From an uncultured virus (IMG/VR IMGVR_UViG_3300032038_000026) (lineage: Duplodnaviria; Heunggongvirae; Uroviricota; Caudoviricetes): 64,000 bases of DNA. Every line of letters begins with the position of its first letter. The stretch's first letter is position 1. The DNA is taken from the IMG/VR virus record IMGVR_UViG_3300032038_000026, one strand, 5' to 3'. This document shows, piece by piece, positions 10,701 to 24,741 of this stretch. Both the position numbers and the translations under genes were made by a program. The notes beneath the pieces are model-generated. The model was not told where the DNA came from. It did no database searches and worked only from the letters and a program-made list of their open reading frames with translations.

Positions 10701-13700
10701 TCAGATAAACTAGCCGAAGCTTGTGAAAAAATAGCTGAAACAGCATTAAAAGTATAGAGTGGTGCTGATATAGCTAACGCTAATGTTGCATTTTAGAGGT
10801 ACCAAGAAGCTCGAAATGATATAGCAAAACTAGAAATGTAGAAAGTTTTAATAGAAGCAGAATAGCCTGCTAATTAGACTGAGGCAGAAGAAAAAGAATG
10901 GCGAGAATCTTCTGGACTCAATCAAATTGAAGCTTCTTTAATCTAGACTACAAATCGTATGCTTTAGTTTTAGCAAGAATATCAAAATTTTGCTACTTCT
11001 GGAACTATTAAAAATATTCAAAATAATGAAAATTTAAATGACGCAGCAAAGAGTGCTATAGCAAATGCTTTAGGTTATGCTTTTAACGGCGATGAAGTAT
11101 AGAAAATTCTTGTAGATAATACTACTGATTTATTTGGTCTTATTCCAGATACTGTTCTTCATACATTAGAAGGTGCAAGAAAACGTTGGATAACGGAATT
11201 TGGGACTACTGATATTCCAGATGATATTAAAGATAATGAAAAAGATTTAATAGATGCCGTTGCTCAAGAAAAGGTTAGGCAAAAATTAGAAAAATCTAGT
11301 GACAAATTAATTGATGCTTTTTCGGTTTTAAATGATGAATAGAAAGAGATTTTTACTGATTTAATAAACAGTAGCGGAGAAAATCTTAATCTTACTACGA
11401 CTCAAAGTATTTCTAATAATTTACCACGAATTTTAGGAGATTTTTGGAATTTACTTGATAAAGAATTATAGGAGAAATTAGTTGAAAGTAGTAGTGGTTT
11501 AAGTCCAATTCAAACTGCTTAGGATATAATATCGAAGACTTTTTTAGAAGGCTCATCAGAAAATTCAAATCTATTCTCTAAGATTTTTGATTTTATTTTT
11601 GATTTTGATTTAAGTGGGAAGCAAACAGAAACAATTTCAAAAGTATTTACTGATTTTGCAGAAGATAATTATGAATCTTTACAACCATTTACTGATTTTA
11701 TTAATAATTTAATTACAACAGTTACTAATACTAAAGATCCAGAAATTATTTCTAGCTTTTTTAATACTCTTGCTACATTAGATACCGATAGCGCTTCAAA
11801 TATAGATGTATTCTTTGATTTGCTTGATGGCCTTGGAATTGATTTTACTAAAGTTGAAGGAAGTGCTGAGGCTGCCGCGACGCGTCTTAAAGAGCTAGCT
11901 AATGTTAAAAATCCTTTTAATGCAGAAGAACTTAGTGCGAAAGTTGATGATGCTATTTCTGCTATATGGAATATTAGGGAACGTAAGCCTACTTAGTAGG
12001 GATATAGGACTTTTGGTGAAAATGAATATAAAGCTATACAAGATGCAATTGAAGCCACTGGTTCAAAAATAGATATAAGTACTATTTTTAAACGTACTGG
12101 TATTAAAAATAAAGAATGGAACTATGTTGGTGGAGATTTAGAAGAATTAGTTTAGTTTTTAATTCAAGATTTAAATAATGCTATTCAGTAGGCTGAGGAT
12201 TATATAAGTGAACCGGAGTGGCTTAAAGAATAGCCAGATTTTGCGACTAATGATGTAATTAAAGTAGAAGGTCAAAATTTTACTTTAGAAGAAGCTTTCC
12301 GAGAAATAATATCAAATCCTGATTTTATTGAAAAATTACAAAATACTGAACAACTTCAACCAATTATAGCTATTTTAGAAAAAATGGGTTATACTTGGTC
12401 AGAATCATTGTCTAGAGAAGGCTTAGTAGGAATAATATCAGAAGCTCTTATGAGTTATGATTAGTCTTTAGCCAATAAAGAAACTCAACCAGAAATTGAC
12501 AGAGCTGTTTAGTCGGTAGATTATTTAACATCTATAAACGAATTACATCAACGTCCAGAAATGGATTTTGACAGGTATCAAAGTGCAGTTGAAGGGAAAT
12601 TTGCCGTAGATGAACATGCAGAAGATAGATATGAAGATATTTTAAAATCTATTAAAGGACTTTCAGCAGCATATAAATAGTTGACATTAGATGAAGAAGA
12701 ATAGAAAGTAACTGCTAAAGCATTAGCAGTAAATTGGTCACAGCAAGCTGCAAAACTTACTGAATTAACTGAAGTCCTTGATAAAAATGATAAGATTCTT
12801 TATGAAGGTTCTAAAGATTCATATGAATATAGTAGTGCAATTCATGCCGTTGGCGAAGCAATGCGCGCGGCCTATGGTGAGTAGATAACAGATGAATTTG
12901 TATAGGCTCATATTCAATAGATTGTGATGGCTCGTGAATCTGAAGAAGCTTATCAAGAATTGCTAAATCTTTTACAATAGGATTTCTTTTCTAATGCTAT
13001 TGATGGTGGCAATAAATTTCAATAGTAGTTATATGATTTGCAACAAGAAATGTTTAATTGTGGTGCCGTTGCTAGTTAGCTCGACGGCATGGAATTAAAT
13101 GGTGTAGCAATTCTTGATGATACCCCATGGATGGAAGTTATAAAGAAATTATGGGGTAATCTTGAAGCCTTTGAAGCTTATTTAGCTACTTGCGGGTGGA
13201 CATTAGTTTTAAGCGAAGAAAAAGACCCAACAACTGGACTACCATTACATGCAAGTTTAGTTCGCAATCAGCCAACAGGTTATGGCGGTTATTAGCCCTA
13301 TACTGGCTCTAATTGGGGCCGTGGGTCTTCTGGTGGCAGTGGCGGTTCTGGTTCCGGCGCGAAAGAGCCAACTAAAGAAGAGTGGCGTAGTGATTTTGAC
13401 TGGTTATATAATCTTATGGAGGATTTAGCCGAACTCCAACGCGAACAAAATAAACTACAAGAAGAGCAAAATAAAATTCTTGAACTCGGGAACGATTCTG
13501 ATACTGGCAAAGACTTATATGAAAACTTAGTCAAACAAATGGCTAATTTGCTTACTCAAAAAACATATTAGTCTTCTGTATAGAGTAACCGTCGTAGAGA
13601 AATGCAAGAATTTATGGCGGCTAATGCAGCATATAGTAATTATCTTAGATTTAATAATAAAGACCAAACTCTTGAAATTAATTGGGATGCAATTAATAAT

Positions 13701-15161
13701 ATTGGTGATAAAGAAACATATGAAAAAGTTAAAGATTTAGTATCAGAAGCGGAAGCAATTCAAAAGAAAATGGATGAATCTGATGACGCTCTTAGAGATA
13801 TTGAAGCTTAGATTCGTCACTTAGAAGATATATGGCGTGAATCATATGTTGATTTTGAAAAGAGAGTTTTAGATGCTTTGGTAAAATCTTATCAACGTAC
13901 TATTGATAATTATTCTGATTTAAATAATACAGTAAATAAGGCTAATGAAGAAATATTAAGTGCTCTTTAGGAAGAAATTGCATTAGAAAGATAGATAAGA
14001 AATAATACTAAAACAGAAGAAACCATATCTGATACAGAAGCGCGCCTAGCTTTTCTTAGACGTGATACAACTGGTGGTAATCAAGTTGCAATACTTAAAA
14101 CACAAAAAGAATTAGAAGAAGCACGTCAATCATATGAAGATACATTAGTAGATTAGTCTATTTCTCGTTTGCAAGATGATAATGCAAAAGCCGCAGAACA
14201 ACGTGAAAAACAAATTGAACTTATGCAGGCACAATTAGATTATGCAGCATAGAATGGCGAATTTAATAATGATGTACAAGAATTAATAAGTGGCGCGCTT
14301 GGTGCTGATGGAGAATTACTTACTAACTCAGATTTATTTAATTTATTACAATAGGAAGAATCTTGGGCTGCTATGAGTGCTACTAATAAAGAGCTTTGGG
14401 AAGATGAATTAAATAATACCTTTAAAGAAGTTTCTGCTTATCTGTTAAAAGAATAGGGAGAAATTGACGGTAGTTATTTGTAGGCTGTAGCATCTTAGAT
14501 TAATGATGGTGTATGGGCTTCTGCAAGTATTGTCGGTAGTTCATTAGAAGTTGGCCTTGGTAGTATGGGTTAGAGTATTGGTTGGGCCATTGGTAGTATG
14601 AGTTAGGCTATTGACCATATTGTATATAGTTATGATAATGCTGTTAGTGCATTAAGTAATGCTAATTCTCAATTAGCTAGTGCTGCATCTAATAATTCTA
14701 GTCAAGGCGGAGATAATATACAATGGGGTGCCACACATTGGGGTGGTGGTTACACAGTTACTAAAAATGGTTAGCCCTATTAGACTCCTAATCAGGGAGC
14801 GTCTTATGAAGCAATTTTAAGAGACCTTGAATTAGTAAAATTACGTGGGTATGCAACTGGTGGTTTAAATACAAAAACAGGCCCAGCTTGGCTTGATGGT
14901 ACTCCTTCTGAGCCAGAATATGTATTAAATGCTCGCCAAACAGAAGCTTTCCTTAAATTAGCTGATGTCCTTCCCTCAATGTTTAACAATGCTCCTGCAA
15001 CAACTAATAATATTGGTGGAACTATGTATTTGAATTTTGATATAAATGTTGATAATATTAGTAACGATTATGATGTAGACCAATTAGTTGAACGCGTAAA
15101 AGATGATATTTATAGCGCGGCTAGTTATAGAAACGCAAATATTATAAGTCTTTCAAGATAA
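7716..15161 (+). CDS. Tape measure protein, ~2481 aa with dozens of in-frame TAG
   Basis: Fragments 9273, 9813, 13089, 13602 and 14979 share one frame. Has TMP core (ETTRESAETAGTALKT), Gly/Ala hydrophobic segment and C-terminal YATGG...PEYVLNA motif. TAG is codon 4. Frame checked by eye in parts, not exhaustively. Confidence 0.85.
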
Positions 15162-15181
15162 TATTACTTTATAATAGGAAT

Positions 15182-15206
15182 AGAGGGGTCTAAATAGACC
15201 CCTCTT
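15182..15206 (+). terminator. Hairpin between TMP and Dit (possible terminator)
   Basis: AGAGGGGTCTA-aa-TAGACCCCTCT; weak U-tract. Confidence 0.5.
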
Positions 15207-15222
15207 ATAAAGGAGGAATTTT

Positions 15223-16038
15223 ATGAGTGTTTATGATGGAGACTTCCTTGGTTTTTAGTTGGGAGATACTCATTCTTCCCAATTAAATATAACGAGAGTA
15301 AGTAGTGGAGATAGATATACTGAAAATCTTACGCCAAACTTTAAGGATATATCTGAATAGGTGCCTGGTGCCGATAGTACATATTATTGGGATACTTATT
15401 ATACTGATCGAACTTTCGTGATTGATTTCGCTTTTGATGACCTTCGTAATGAAGACATACGTCGTTTAAAATAGATATTGAATTTTAAAGGAGTATAGCC
15501 TTTAATTTTTGATGAATCAACATATAAAAAGTATTACGTAAAATGTAGCTCTCCTCCAGTTTTAAAATATATTGGTTTTGATAATAAAGGAACCATATTA
15601 TATAAAGGAGAAGGTAATATTAATCTTATAGCTTATTATCCATATGGAGTAAGTACAATAGATATTAAAATTGATGGTGGCACCAATCTTTAGCTTTCTA
15701 ATATTGGAGATATAGAAACTCCAATGAAAATTTATTATAGCTTAGATGAATTAGTAGATTATGATTTATCTTTATGGCTAAGCGAAGATAAAAAACTAGA
15801 TATAACAATTGAAGATAAAATAAAAAAGAATGAAGAAGCCGAAAGCAGGGATAGTTATATTTGTATTGATAATAAGACTCATTTAATTGAAGGATTAGAT
15901 GATAATTATAAAAAAACTGGTAATTTATATAATCGTTTTATTACTTCCGGCGATTTCTTTTCTTTACCAGTAGGACGGAGTATATTTAATACAAATAAAT
16001 CTTGTGACAAAATTGAGTATAATTATTTATATTATTAA
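15223..16038 (+). CDS. Distal tail protein (Dit)-like (TAG read-through)
   Basis: AGGAGG RBS; MSVYDGDFLGF*LG...; follows TMP; in frame with 15724 fragment. Confidence 0.7.
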
Positions 16039-16049
16039 GGGGTGAAGAA

Positions 16050-19000
16050 ATGGATAAATATGAAATAAGTTTGTGGGAAGATTATCCAGATCTTACCTCA
16101 AATAATATTTCTTTTTTAAATGAAAGAAAAATATGCGTAATTGGTTCTGATACTATGACAAGCGCGGCCCGCGCGATGGAACCAAAATTAGTATCAAATG
16201 TTAATGGTATCAATACTTTTTCTTTTAAAATTTATTATAGATATAAAGATGAAGTAACTGGAGAAGAAAATATTAACCCATACCTTCCATATATTATAAA
16301 TGAACGTAAAGTTAAAGTATTATGGAAAGGCAAATGGTATGATTTAGTAATTAAAAAAATAGAAGAAGATACATAGAAAAGATTTGTTTTATGTACATGT
16401 GAAGATTTATTTATTTCTGAATTAAGTAAGAATGGATATGAACTTGAATTTAATAGTGAATTATAGAATAATAGTGGTACAGCTGGGGAGCTTGTGGAAA
16501 AAGTTCTTGATGGTAGTGGATGGCAACCTTCAGAAAATTAGCAAACAATTTTTTAGTATCAAGAAGAATCAGTTTACGATGTAATAAGTAAAAAAAGTTT
16601 TGTAGCTACTCAACAACCTTCTGAACAACAAATATCAATACCAGCAAATTCACGTTGTCTAATATACTATTCATGTATTAATAAGGATTATACAGATATT
16701 TAGCTTTATTATGCTCCAAATACTCAAAATGGGTATGACAGAGAAAAAAATAGTATGTTAGTTACTGGAGGAAATTGTTATACTGTTCATTGTAGTATTG
16801 AAATTGATGATGATAAAGATAGTAATAATTTTGGTCAAGTTGTAATAAAACAAAATTATAATATTATTTTTAATTTTAATATTAATAATTCTACAAATAA
16901 TATAGAAAAACTTTCAAATGAATATAGGGCAAAACGTATAGTTAAATCATAGTTAACTGCTTTTGATAATTTACTTGGAAGGTATGTTAATGTATATACT
17001 TATAAAGATGAAAATAATAATGATAAAGAAGTATATGGCTATGAAACTACAGAATTTTCTGACCCAGCTTTAGTTGTAAATTTAATAGTAAATTCAAAAG
17101 ACTTTAAAGATACATAGGGATGGGTTGGCCAAAATTTAAAATGGGAAGTTTACCCTTCTTTTACTAGTGATAATGATTAGACGATAACGAATTATATTAA
17201 TGAAGCAAAAAGTTATTTAAAAATTTCTAACGGATATACATATAATACCGCTTTTATTTCTAATAAATAGTATTTAGTTCCAAATCAAACTGATATAAAA
17301 AATGGTAAACTCGGTGGTTTTCAAGTTGGAGAGAAATATATTTTCAGATACAAAGCTAAATCATCATTAACTTCAAGTAGTTATATAACAAAAGGTATCA
17401 ATTGTTGGATATATAATTTTAGTATTAATTCGCAGGGAATTTATCATCCACTTGGTAGTAGTTATTTTTCAAATTCAGCACCCATAACTAAGGATGGTTG
17501 GACTGAAATAACATTAACTTGCACCAAAGCTTGTACAGCCAATAATTTAAATTCGGTTGGATTATTTATATATTCTAGTTCAGTATGTTATATTGAAGAT
17601 ATTCAATTTTTTAAATTAACTGAGGGCATTGATCCAGAAACTGGAAAAACAAAAAGAATAAATCCAGGAGAATTTTTATTACCTACATCAAAAGTAATAT
17701 ATAAATATTATCTTGCCGATCATAGTTTTAAAGATGGAAATGGTGAAACTCATATTGCAGAAGATCCGAAAGATTTAGTTTTATTATATTTTGGTGAAAC
17801 AAAAACTAATGCTTATACTTCTAAATATAATAATTATGAAAAGGTCACTTCAATTGAAGTAAGCAAATCTAATAGATTTAATATTTTATAGACTATTGCT
17901 GAAAAATTTGAATGTTGGATAAGATTTATTATTAATCATAATGAAGAAACTGGATAGATTTTATATGATGAAAATGGTTTACCATAGAAATATGTATAGT
18001 TAGTTGAATAGATTGGCAATGACACTGGAATTTCATTTGAATATGGAATCGACTTAAAAGGTGTAAAAAGAACTATCGTATCAAATACAATAGCTACGAA
18101 GGCAATTATTGTACCAAATGAAAATGAATTTGGTAAAAATGGATTCTGTACGATCGCTCGTAGTCCATTAAATTATTGTCGAGAAAACTTTATTTTAAAT
18201 TTTGATTATTATGTTTAGCAAGGATTATTAAATAAAGATTTACTTGAAGCAGATTTATATAAAACTAACGAGCCAAATTTAGGTTATTACTTTTGGTTAA
18301 ATAAATATAATAAAGAATATGATGAATTAGTTGATACAGTAAATATGCTGCAAATTAGATTAACTAAATAGCAGGCAGAATATACTGTACAATTTGGTAA
18401 TTTGCGCGCAGCCACGGAAAAGTTAGAAGATAATAAATCTGATTTAATGATTTTGGCTGGAGTAGATAATTTTGAAGATGCGGAAAGTTATGCTTTGGCG
18501 CATAAAGATAATAGAAAGGTTTAGTCATTAATAGGTTCTATTGCTAAATTAAATAATACTGTAAAAACATTGACAGCTACTAAAAATTCTTTAGAGTCGT
18601 CTATTAATACATTAGAGTCTGATATTTAGACTCGAAGCGATAAAATGGCATCATTAATTTAGGATATAACTGACTTACACAGAAACTTCTTTAAGAAATA
18701 TTCAAGATTTATTCAAGAAGGGACATGGCAAGACTAGAATTATGTTGATGATGATAAATATTATTTAGATGCGCTTGAAGTGGCTTATAGGTCTTCACGG
18801 CCGCAAATTTAGTATGACATTTCTTTATTACGTTTAAGTAGTTTAGAGGATTTTAGTTCTAAGATTTTTGACCTTGGCGATATTTGTTATATACAAGATA
18901 AAGAATTTTTTGGATATGAAGAAGATGGTGTTACTCCTTATAAATAGAAAATTATTATTAGCCAGTTAACTTCATTTTTTGATACTCCAGAAAAAGACGT

Positions 19001-22000
19001 AATTAAAGTATAGAATTATGCAACTCAATTTGATGATTTGTTTTAGAGGATTACAACTGCGGCTTAGGCACTTCAATTTTCTCAAGGACGTTATGAGCGC
19101 GCGGCTGAAGTTGTAAAGCCAGATGGTACTTTAAGTTTTGGTTTATTACAAGATACTTTTGATTATAATAAAGATTTAGTAATAAATTCTGCAAATCAAG
19201 AAGTTACTTGGGATAACACAGGTATTACTGTTTCAGATACAGTTAATAGCGCATTAAAAGTTAAAATAATGGCTGGCGGCATTTTTGCTAGTAATGATGG
19301 TGGCATAACATGGAAAAATGCTTTGCGTGGCGATGGTATTAGCACTGATTTACTAACGGCTGGCCGCATAAATACGAGTGAGATTTATGTATATGATGGA
19401 AATAGTCCAAGTTTTAGATGGGATAGTTAGGGTATAAATGCTTATACAGTAAATTCAACAATTGACCCAAATACTGGATTAACAAGTCGAGAATTTGATT
19501 TTAGTAAGTTTGTAAGATTTGATAAATTTGGTTTATATGGGTATGACGGTGTAGAAGATTTTGAACCGTCTACAGAGGATGCTATTTGGAATAGTAATAA
19601 AACCAAATTTGGCTTAACATGGAGAGGTTTTTTCTTACGGAATGCTTCTGGAAATTCCTCTATAGAGATTTCTACTGATAATGATATATTAATAAAAACC
19701 GGTGATACCGAGCGTATTCAAATTGGTAAGTATAATACCGCTGATTATGGTATGTGTATTCGTGATGAAGATGGGAACGCAGTTTTTAGTGTCAGCACAA
19801 AAAATAATACAAATTCAATAGGTGGTTGGACTTTAACTAGTGATTCATTTGAGCATTCGGATAATGAAGGTCATACTATAGGTTTATATTCCGATGGAAA
19901 GTCGAAAACAGTTAATGGAATAAGTGATACTTATTATATATTAGCTGGTGATAATTTTGGTGTCACTATTGATGGTGGAGTTTATGCTTCCAAAGGTAAG
20001 ATTGGAGATTGTGAAATTGTTGATGGGAAATTAACTATTGGTAGCGGGAATGCTCGATAGGATCTCGTAGATGCTATTTCAACTTCTTATTCTGAGACTT
20101 AGTATTATTTAAGTAATAGTGAAAATGAATTAAGCGGAGGCGAATGGTCTTCTTCTCTCCCAGATTAGGCTGATAATAAATATGTTTGGACACGTACGGC
20201 AATTACAACTACTACAGCATCTGGTACAACAAATACGACTTATAAACCTGCAGGCGGAGCTTATAGTTAGGGACTTACTGAAATGTTATAGGGCGCTAAA
20301 GCCTCTATTGCTGTATATAGAACATAGACAATTTTCCGCTCAGTAAGAAGTAATGAATCTTTACCAACAAAAGGCCCTGCTACTTGGGTTAATGAAACTG
20401 CTGAAACTATAACAGATCCAAATAATTCTAATTCTACAATATAGAGCGGCCCTCAAGGGAAATGGACGCAAATACGACCGGTTTATAATTCAGAGTATCC
20501 TGCATTATATATTGCTACTTAGACACAAACTATAAAACAATATGAGGATAGAGCAACAGGTACAGAAGGAGAATGTAGTTGTACTCAACCGCATCTTGAA
20601 GTTACTACAACTGTAATTGATGGTGCTCATATTACTACTGGTAAAATTGATGCATAGAGAATTAATGTGTCTGATTTAAGTGCATTTAATGCGACTATTG
20701 GCGGATTTACTATTAGTGACACAGCAATTTATAGCACAAACGGGGAAATTGGTAAAGGAATAAATAATGTATATATTGGTACTAATGGAATTAGTCTTGG
20801 TACTAATTTTAAAGTAACTTCAGATGGTAATCTTTATGCAAATACTGGTACTTTTGCTGGAAATGTTTATGCCAATAATATTTTATCTGGTACAGGTCAA
20901 ACTCCAAATGGTGCAACTATTAACTATGGATATATTGGTGAGAACGTATTAGCTCAAGCAGTACAAAATTCTCTTGGATATGCTAATAATTATAACGATG
21001 CTACACAGGCAGCTCCAACATCTACACCTGCTTAGTTTACTGCTCATGCATTGTATGCAACGTCAACAACTGTAGATGGTAGTGAAACTGGTGGATTTAT
21101 TAACGCACAAAAATATATGACGATTACAAGTGGTTTGACTGGTTGGGGTTATAGTCCTGATATAAAAGGTTCAGTGGTTCCAACTGCCGCCCATTGGCAC
21201 ACCTTTACCGAAGGTACAGGTAATGACGCTGGTAAAATTTTCATAGGAGAAGCGATCCCAGCAACAAAAGATTATTCAGACAAACATTCTTTTAATATAG
21301 CCGATACCGCATATTTTAAGGCCTAGGTATCGGCGAAAGAGAAGGCCGTAGTAATAGAAAGCATTTACATTGACAAAAATACTTTAGGGTATACTTCTCA
21401 TGATTCAGTTGATAATCCCGATACTCATCTTAGTTATACAATACCAGCCTCAGATTATAGCACAAAAACAGCATATAGTACTACTGCTAAAACTTTATAT
21501 GGAGTTTTTGATTTAAAACTTTCAAATGGCAATAAATACTTTATGAAGATAGGTATACCAACTAATAAAGTTTTTGATACTGCTGTTGGAAAACCAACTG
21601 TTACAAGAGTTTATCCAGACCCAGATAAAGATTACAGGGCATCTGGTGGCCAATATTGGATTTGGGCTCGTGGTTCTGTTAAAATTAATGGTACTGCAAA
21701 AGATGGTGATAATGCAGAACTAGAGGTCACAGATATATATAATGCCGGCAAAAATTCTTATACTAGCGTTTCAAAAACTTTTTATACTAATGGTACATAT
21801 ACTCCAGAGGCTAATGAAAGATGGACTAGTGTAGTGGTGAGTACTCCCACTTATAATATAAAAAATACCACTAGTTTTACTCATAATGGTACTTTTAATG
21901 CAAGTGAAGATAACTGTGATGGATACGCACAAGTTGTAGTAAATGTTCCTCCGCGTTCTGCCACTTCTTTAAGTTATTATGTGAATGACAAAGGTGATAC

Positions 22001-22454
22001 AGATTATAGTAAAGTAAATGTTACATATAGTAGTGGAGATCCAACATATGGGTTAAGCATAACTAATGCATATTAGATTGGTAGAAATTCTTTTAGTACG
22101 TCTACAAAATCTATTTATACTAATGGTACATATACTCCAGAGGCTAATGAAAGGTGGACTAGTGTTGTAGTAAGTACTCCTACTTATACATTAAAAACTG
22201 CTTCTATCACTAAGAATGGTACTTTTAAAGCAAGTGACGATAATTGTGATGGCTGGAAGCAGGTTACAGTAAATGTAGCCGCTGCTACTCATTCAGCAAA
22301 ATTAACTTATTGGAAGACTGGCGTCACAGAGCCTGGTAGAACATATTATGGTGATGGTGAAACTTATACTGTACTCTGGAGGCAATATGAAGGTTACGCA
22401 TATTGTGGTGGTAGTAAATCTAATAATGTAAAATTCTGGATGCGAGAAGTTTAA
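16050..22454 (+). CDS. Large tail tip/Tal-fibre protein, ~2134 aa (TAG read-through)
   Basis: Six ORF fragments in one frame, with spot-checked gaps containing only TAG. N-terminal minor-structural region, coiled coil, IGGWT/IGGFTI beta repeats, C-terminal NGTYT repeats. Confidence 0.75.
21783..22275 (+). repeat. 333-bp-period in-frame duplication in the tail tip C-terminus
   Basis: TATACTAATGGTACATATACTCCAGAGGCTAATGAAAG.. at 21783 and 22116; similarity continues through NGTF.AS.DNCDG. Confidence 0.85.
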
Positions 22455-22495
22455 TTAATTTTAATATAAGATTTATTTAAAATAATTAATAAATT

Positions 22496-22526
22496 AAAAA
22501 CACAGCCATAAATGGCTGTGTTTTTA
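22496..22526. terminator. Bidirectional terminator between convergent late and early arms
   Basis: AAAAACACAGCCAT-aa-ATGGCTGTGTTTTT. Confidence 0.85.
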
Positions 22527-22536
22527 ACATATATAT

Positions 22537-22899
22537 TTAATTATCTAATATATCCATCAAACCTTCCATAATATTAAAATCAATTTCTACATCACCAAAT
22601 TCATCAATTCCAATAGGTTCAATTTCAATATTATTATTTATCTTCATTAATTCCTCGAATTCTTCTGTAAATTCTTTTAATTTTTCTGCGGGAACTCTAA
22701 TTTTATCTTCTTCTTGCTCACCATACTTCTGGTATAATTTCATTTGCTCTTGCTGAATTGTATCTACGAAAGATTGGATGATTTTTTTAATTCTTGTTAA
22801 TTTATAGCTTGCTTTAATATTTAAAACGGTTTTACTTTCTCGTAAATCATTTATACTTTGGTTTACAGAAAGAATTTGTTCATTTGTTAGTTCTATCAT
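22537..22899 (-). CDS. Hypothetical protein
   Basis: 120 aa acidic ORF with RBS, abutting upstream gene. Confidence 0.7.
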   Translation of the reverse strand: MIELTNEQILSVNQSINDLRESKTVLNIKASYKLTRIKKIIQSFVDTIQQEQMKLYQKYGEQEEDKIRVPAEKLKEFTEEFEELMKINNNIEIEPIGIDEFGDVEIDFNIMEGLMDILDN

Positions 22900-23631
22900 T
22901 TATTCTCCTTCTTCCTCCCAATTAACTATCTCCACTTTTGGAGACTATATATCACTAAAATATTTTCCAATGCCAATTGCATCGCATTCATCTTCTGTTG
23001 GCTTTAAATTAAACCATTCTTTAACCAATATCTGCATACTACGTTTTTTATCTGGTCTTGTACGACCTTTCACACCACAATGTAGACGCCATGTATTAGT
23101 AGGTACAATTTTATAATGCACTTTTTCTTCCACGCAAGTCGCAGCGAGTATACCTTGAAGGCGCGCGAGCGTTTCAAAAGTAGTAACACCAGCAGTTGAC
23201 TAATACTAGATGCCTTCTAACCCAACAAAATCTATTTCATACTAATCAATTAAAGAAATCATCCACTATTTAACATCCACACTTCTTTCAATATCATCAT
23301 CGCCAGATGCTACATAGCTTCCATAATCAATTAAATTTTTATTATTAAAAACTGCATAGCCGCTTGTGTGCGTTGCCTAATCGAGTGCAAGAATACGATA
23401 TTCACCTTTTTTCTTTTTAGTATTTCGGAACTCTTTTGTTTTCAGACGCTCGCGCATACAAATTGGGCATATGCGGTTTTCTCTAATTTTTTTCCAAGGG
23501 GCAATTACCGTATGCCCCTTATCACATTTAAACTCCAAATTAGAATCAAGATTCTAATATGTTTCGCTTATTAGTATCCATTTATCTGGTGTAATTTCAG
23601 CTTTTATATCTTCAATTGATATACGGGCCAC
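22900..23631 (-). CDS. ruvC: RuvC-like Holliday junction resolvase with N-terminal Zn-finger (TAG read-through)
   Basis: GTG start; CxxGH...CPIC; ILALD*ATHTSGYAVF; LEGI*Y*S; EDECDAIGIG. Ends TAA adjacent to next ATG. Confidence 0.8.
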
Positions 23632-23632
23632 A

Positions 23633-24529
23633 TTACTTCACCCCAGTTGAACCAAATCCTTTACCATGGTCTTCTGTGAAACCGCCAAAACTTTCGACTT
23701 GACGCCATCTCACACGTGGGATTTCAACTAGACGCATCTGTGCAAAGCGCTCGCCTTTACCGATAGTAATTGGACTACCATAAAGTTTTACTAAATCAGT
23801 ATGGTCACTAACTGGATCAATATCCACATCTTTTACTCGTTGGTCAATATTCTCTACAATAACTCCAATTTCTTCATGGTAGTCTTCATCAATAAGACCA
23901 GGAGTATTAGGGATACGAATCTTCATGCGCGCGCTCATACCTGAACGCGGCTGAATAAGTAAACCATAACCATGAGGAATTGCAACTTTGATACCGATGG
24001 GGATAATAACTGTTTCACCGCACTCAATTGTATATTCTTCTGGCGAATAAATATCCATCGCGCCAGCACCATCAGTTGCATAAGTAGGAAGCTTTGCATT
24101 TTCTCTACAAAGTACAACTGGAATTTCAACTGTATGTGCAGGGTTAATAGTTGAAGAAGAAATTGAATTGGCTGCACTTAGGAATAAGAACTTAATAAAG
24201 TCTTTCTTCGAATCACTTAAATCTATATCTCCATTATTAAATAATTCATTAATAACTTCATCACTATTATTAACAATGTCGTCAATAGAAATACCAGATT
24301 GAGCAAACATCTTTACCATCGCTATTTGATTCTGTGGATCTTCATAAGCTTTTGCCATTTCTTCTTGGAAAAGTGGACGAATGATTTCAAAATCTTCGTC
24401 AGGCATGGCAAGAAGAACAGCTAGAATGTCAAGACCATTTGCTTCCGGATTATCAAGTATGTCACCGACAGCTTCAATTGAATTGTCGCTCATTTTCATG
24501 ATTTCATCAATTTTCTTTTCTTCATTCAT
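23633..24529 (-). CDS. dut: Trimeric dUTPase with long acidic N-terminal extension
   Basis: AGAMD, QPRSG, NTPGLIDEDY, RFAQM, GFGSTG motifs. Start probably MNEEK at 24529. Confidence 0.9.
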   Translation of the reverse strand: MNEEKKIDEIMKMSDNSIEAVGDILDNPEANGLDILAVLLAMPDEDFEIIRPLFQEEMAKAYEDPQNQIAMVKMFAQSGISIDDIVNNSDEVINELFNNGDIDLSDSKKDFIKFLFLSAANSISSSTINPAHTVEIPVVLCRENAKLPTYATDGAGAMDIYSPEEYTIECGETVIIPIGIKVAIPHGYGLLIQPRSGMSARMKIRIPNTPGLIDEDYHEEIGVIVENIDQRVKDVDIDPVSDHTDLVKLYGSPITIGKGERFAQMRLVEIPRVRWRQVESFGGFTEDHGKGFGSTGVK

Positions 24530-24740
24530 CTTCCCATACCTCACCGTAAATCTTTGTTGCTGTTACAATCCAAGCCTCGGCTACAACTTCGCCTTTTGCT
24601 TTCTTTGTTTTATATTTATATCCATTAGCGCCGAGTGTATATCCTTCTTTATTTTGATTCGCGCGCAGGTCATTTAGAGCCTGAATTGCTTCTTCTTCTG
24701 TATAGGCTTTAAATTCTTCTGTAATTTTAAGTTTTCTCAT
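24522..24740 (-). CDS. Hypothetical protein
   Basis: 72 aa with GGAG RBS, coupled to neighbours. Confidence 0.7.
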   Translation of the reverse strand: MRKLKITEEFKAYTEEEAIQALNDLRANQNKEGYTLGANGYKYKTKKAKGEVVAEAWIVTATKIYGEVWEDE

Positions 24741-24741
24741 A

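Noticed and set aside
21783..22275. DGR template/variable repeat pair
   Set aside because: Both copies are in frame in one gene, differences are mostly synonymous and not adenine-specific, and no reverse transcriptase is in the window.
3232..22454. Mass pseudogenisation of tail genes (decayed prophage)
   Set aside because: Interruptions seen are only TAG, with no TAA/TGA or frameshifts, and gene junctions stay tightly coupled; recoding explains this.
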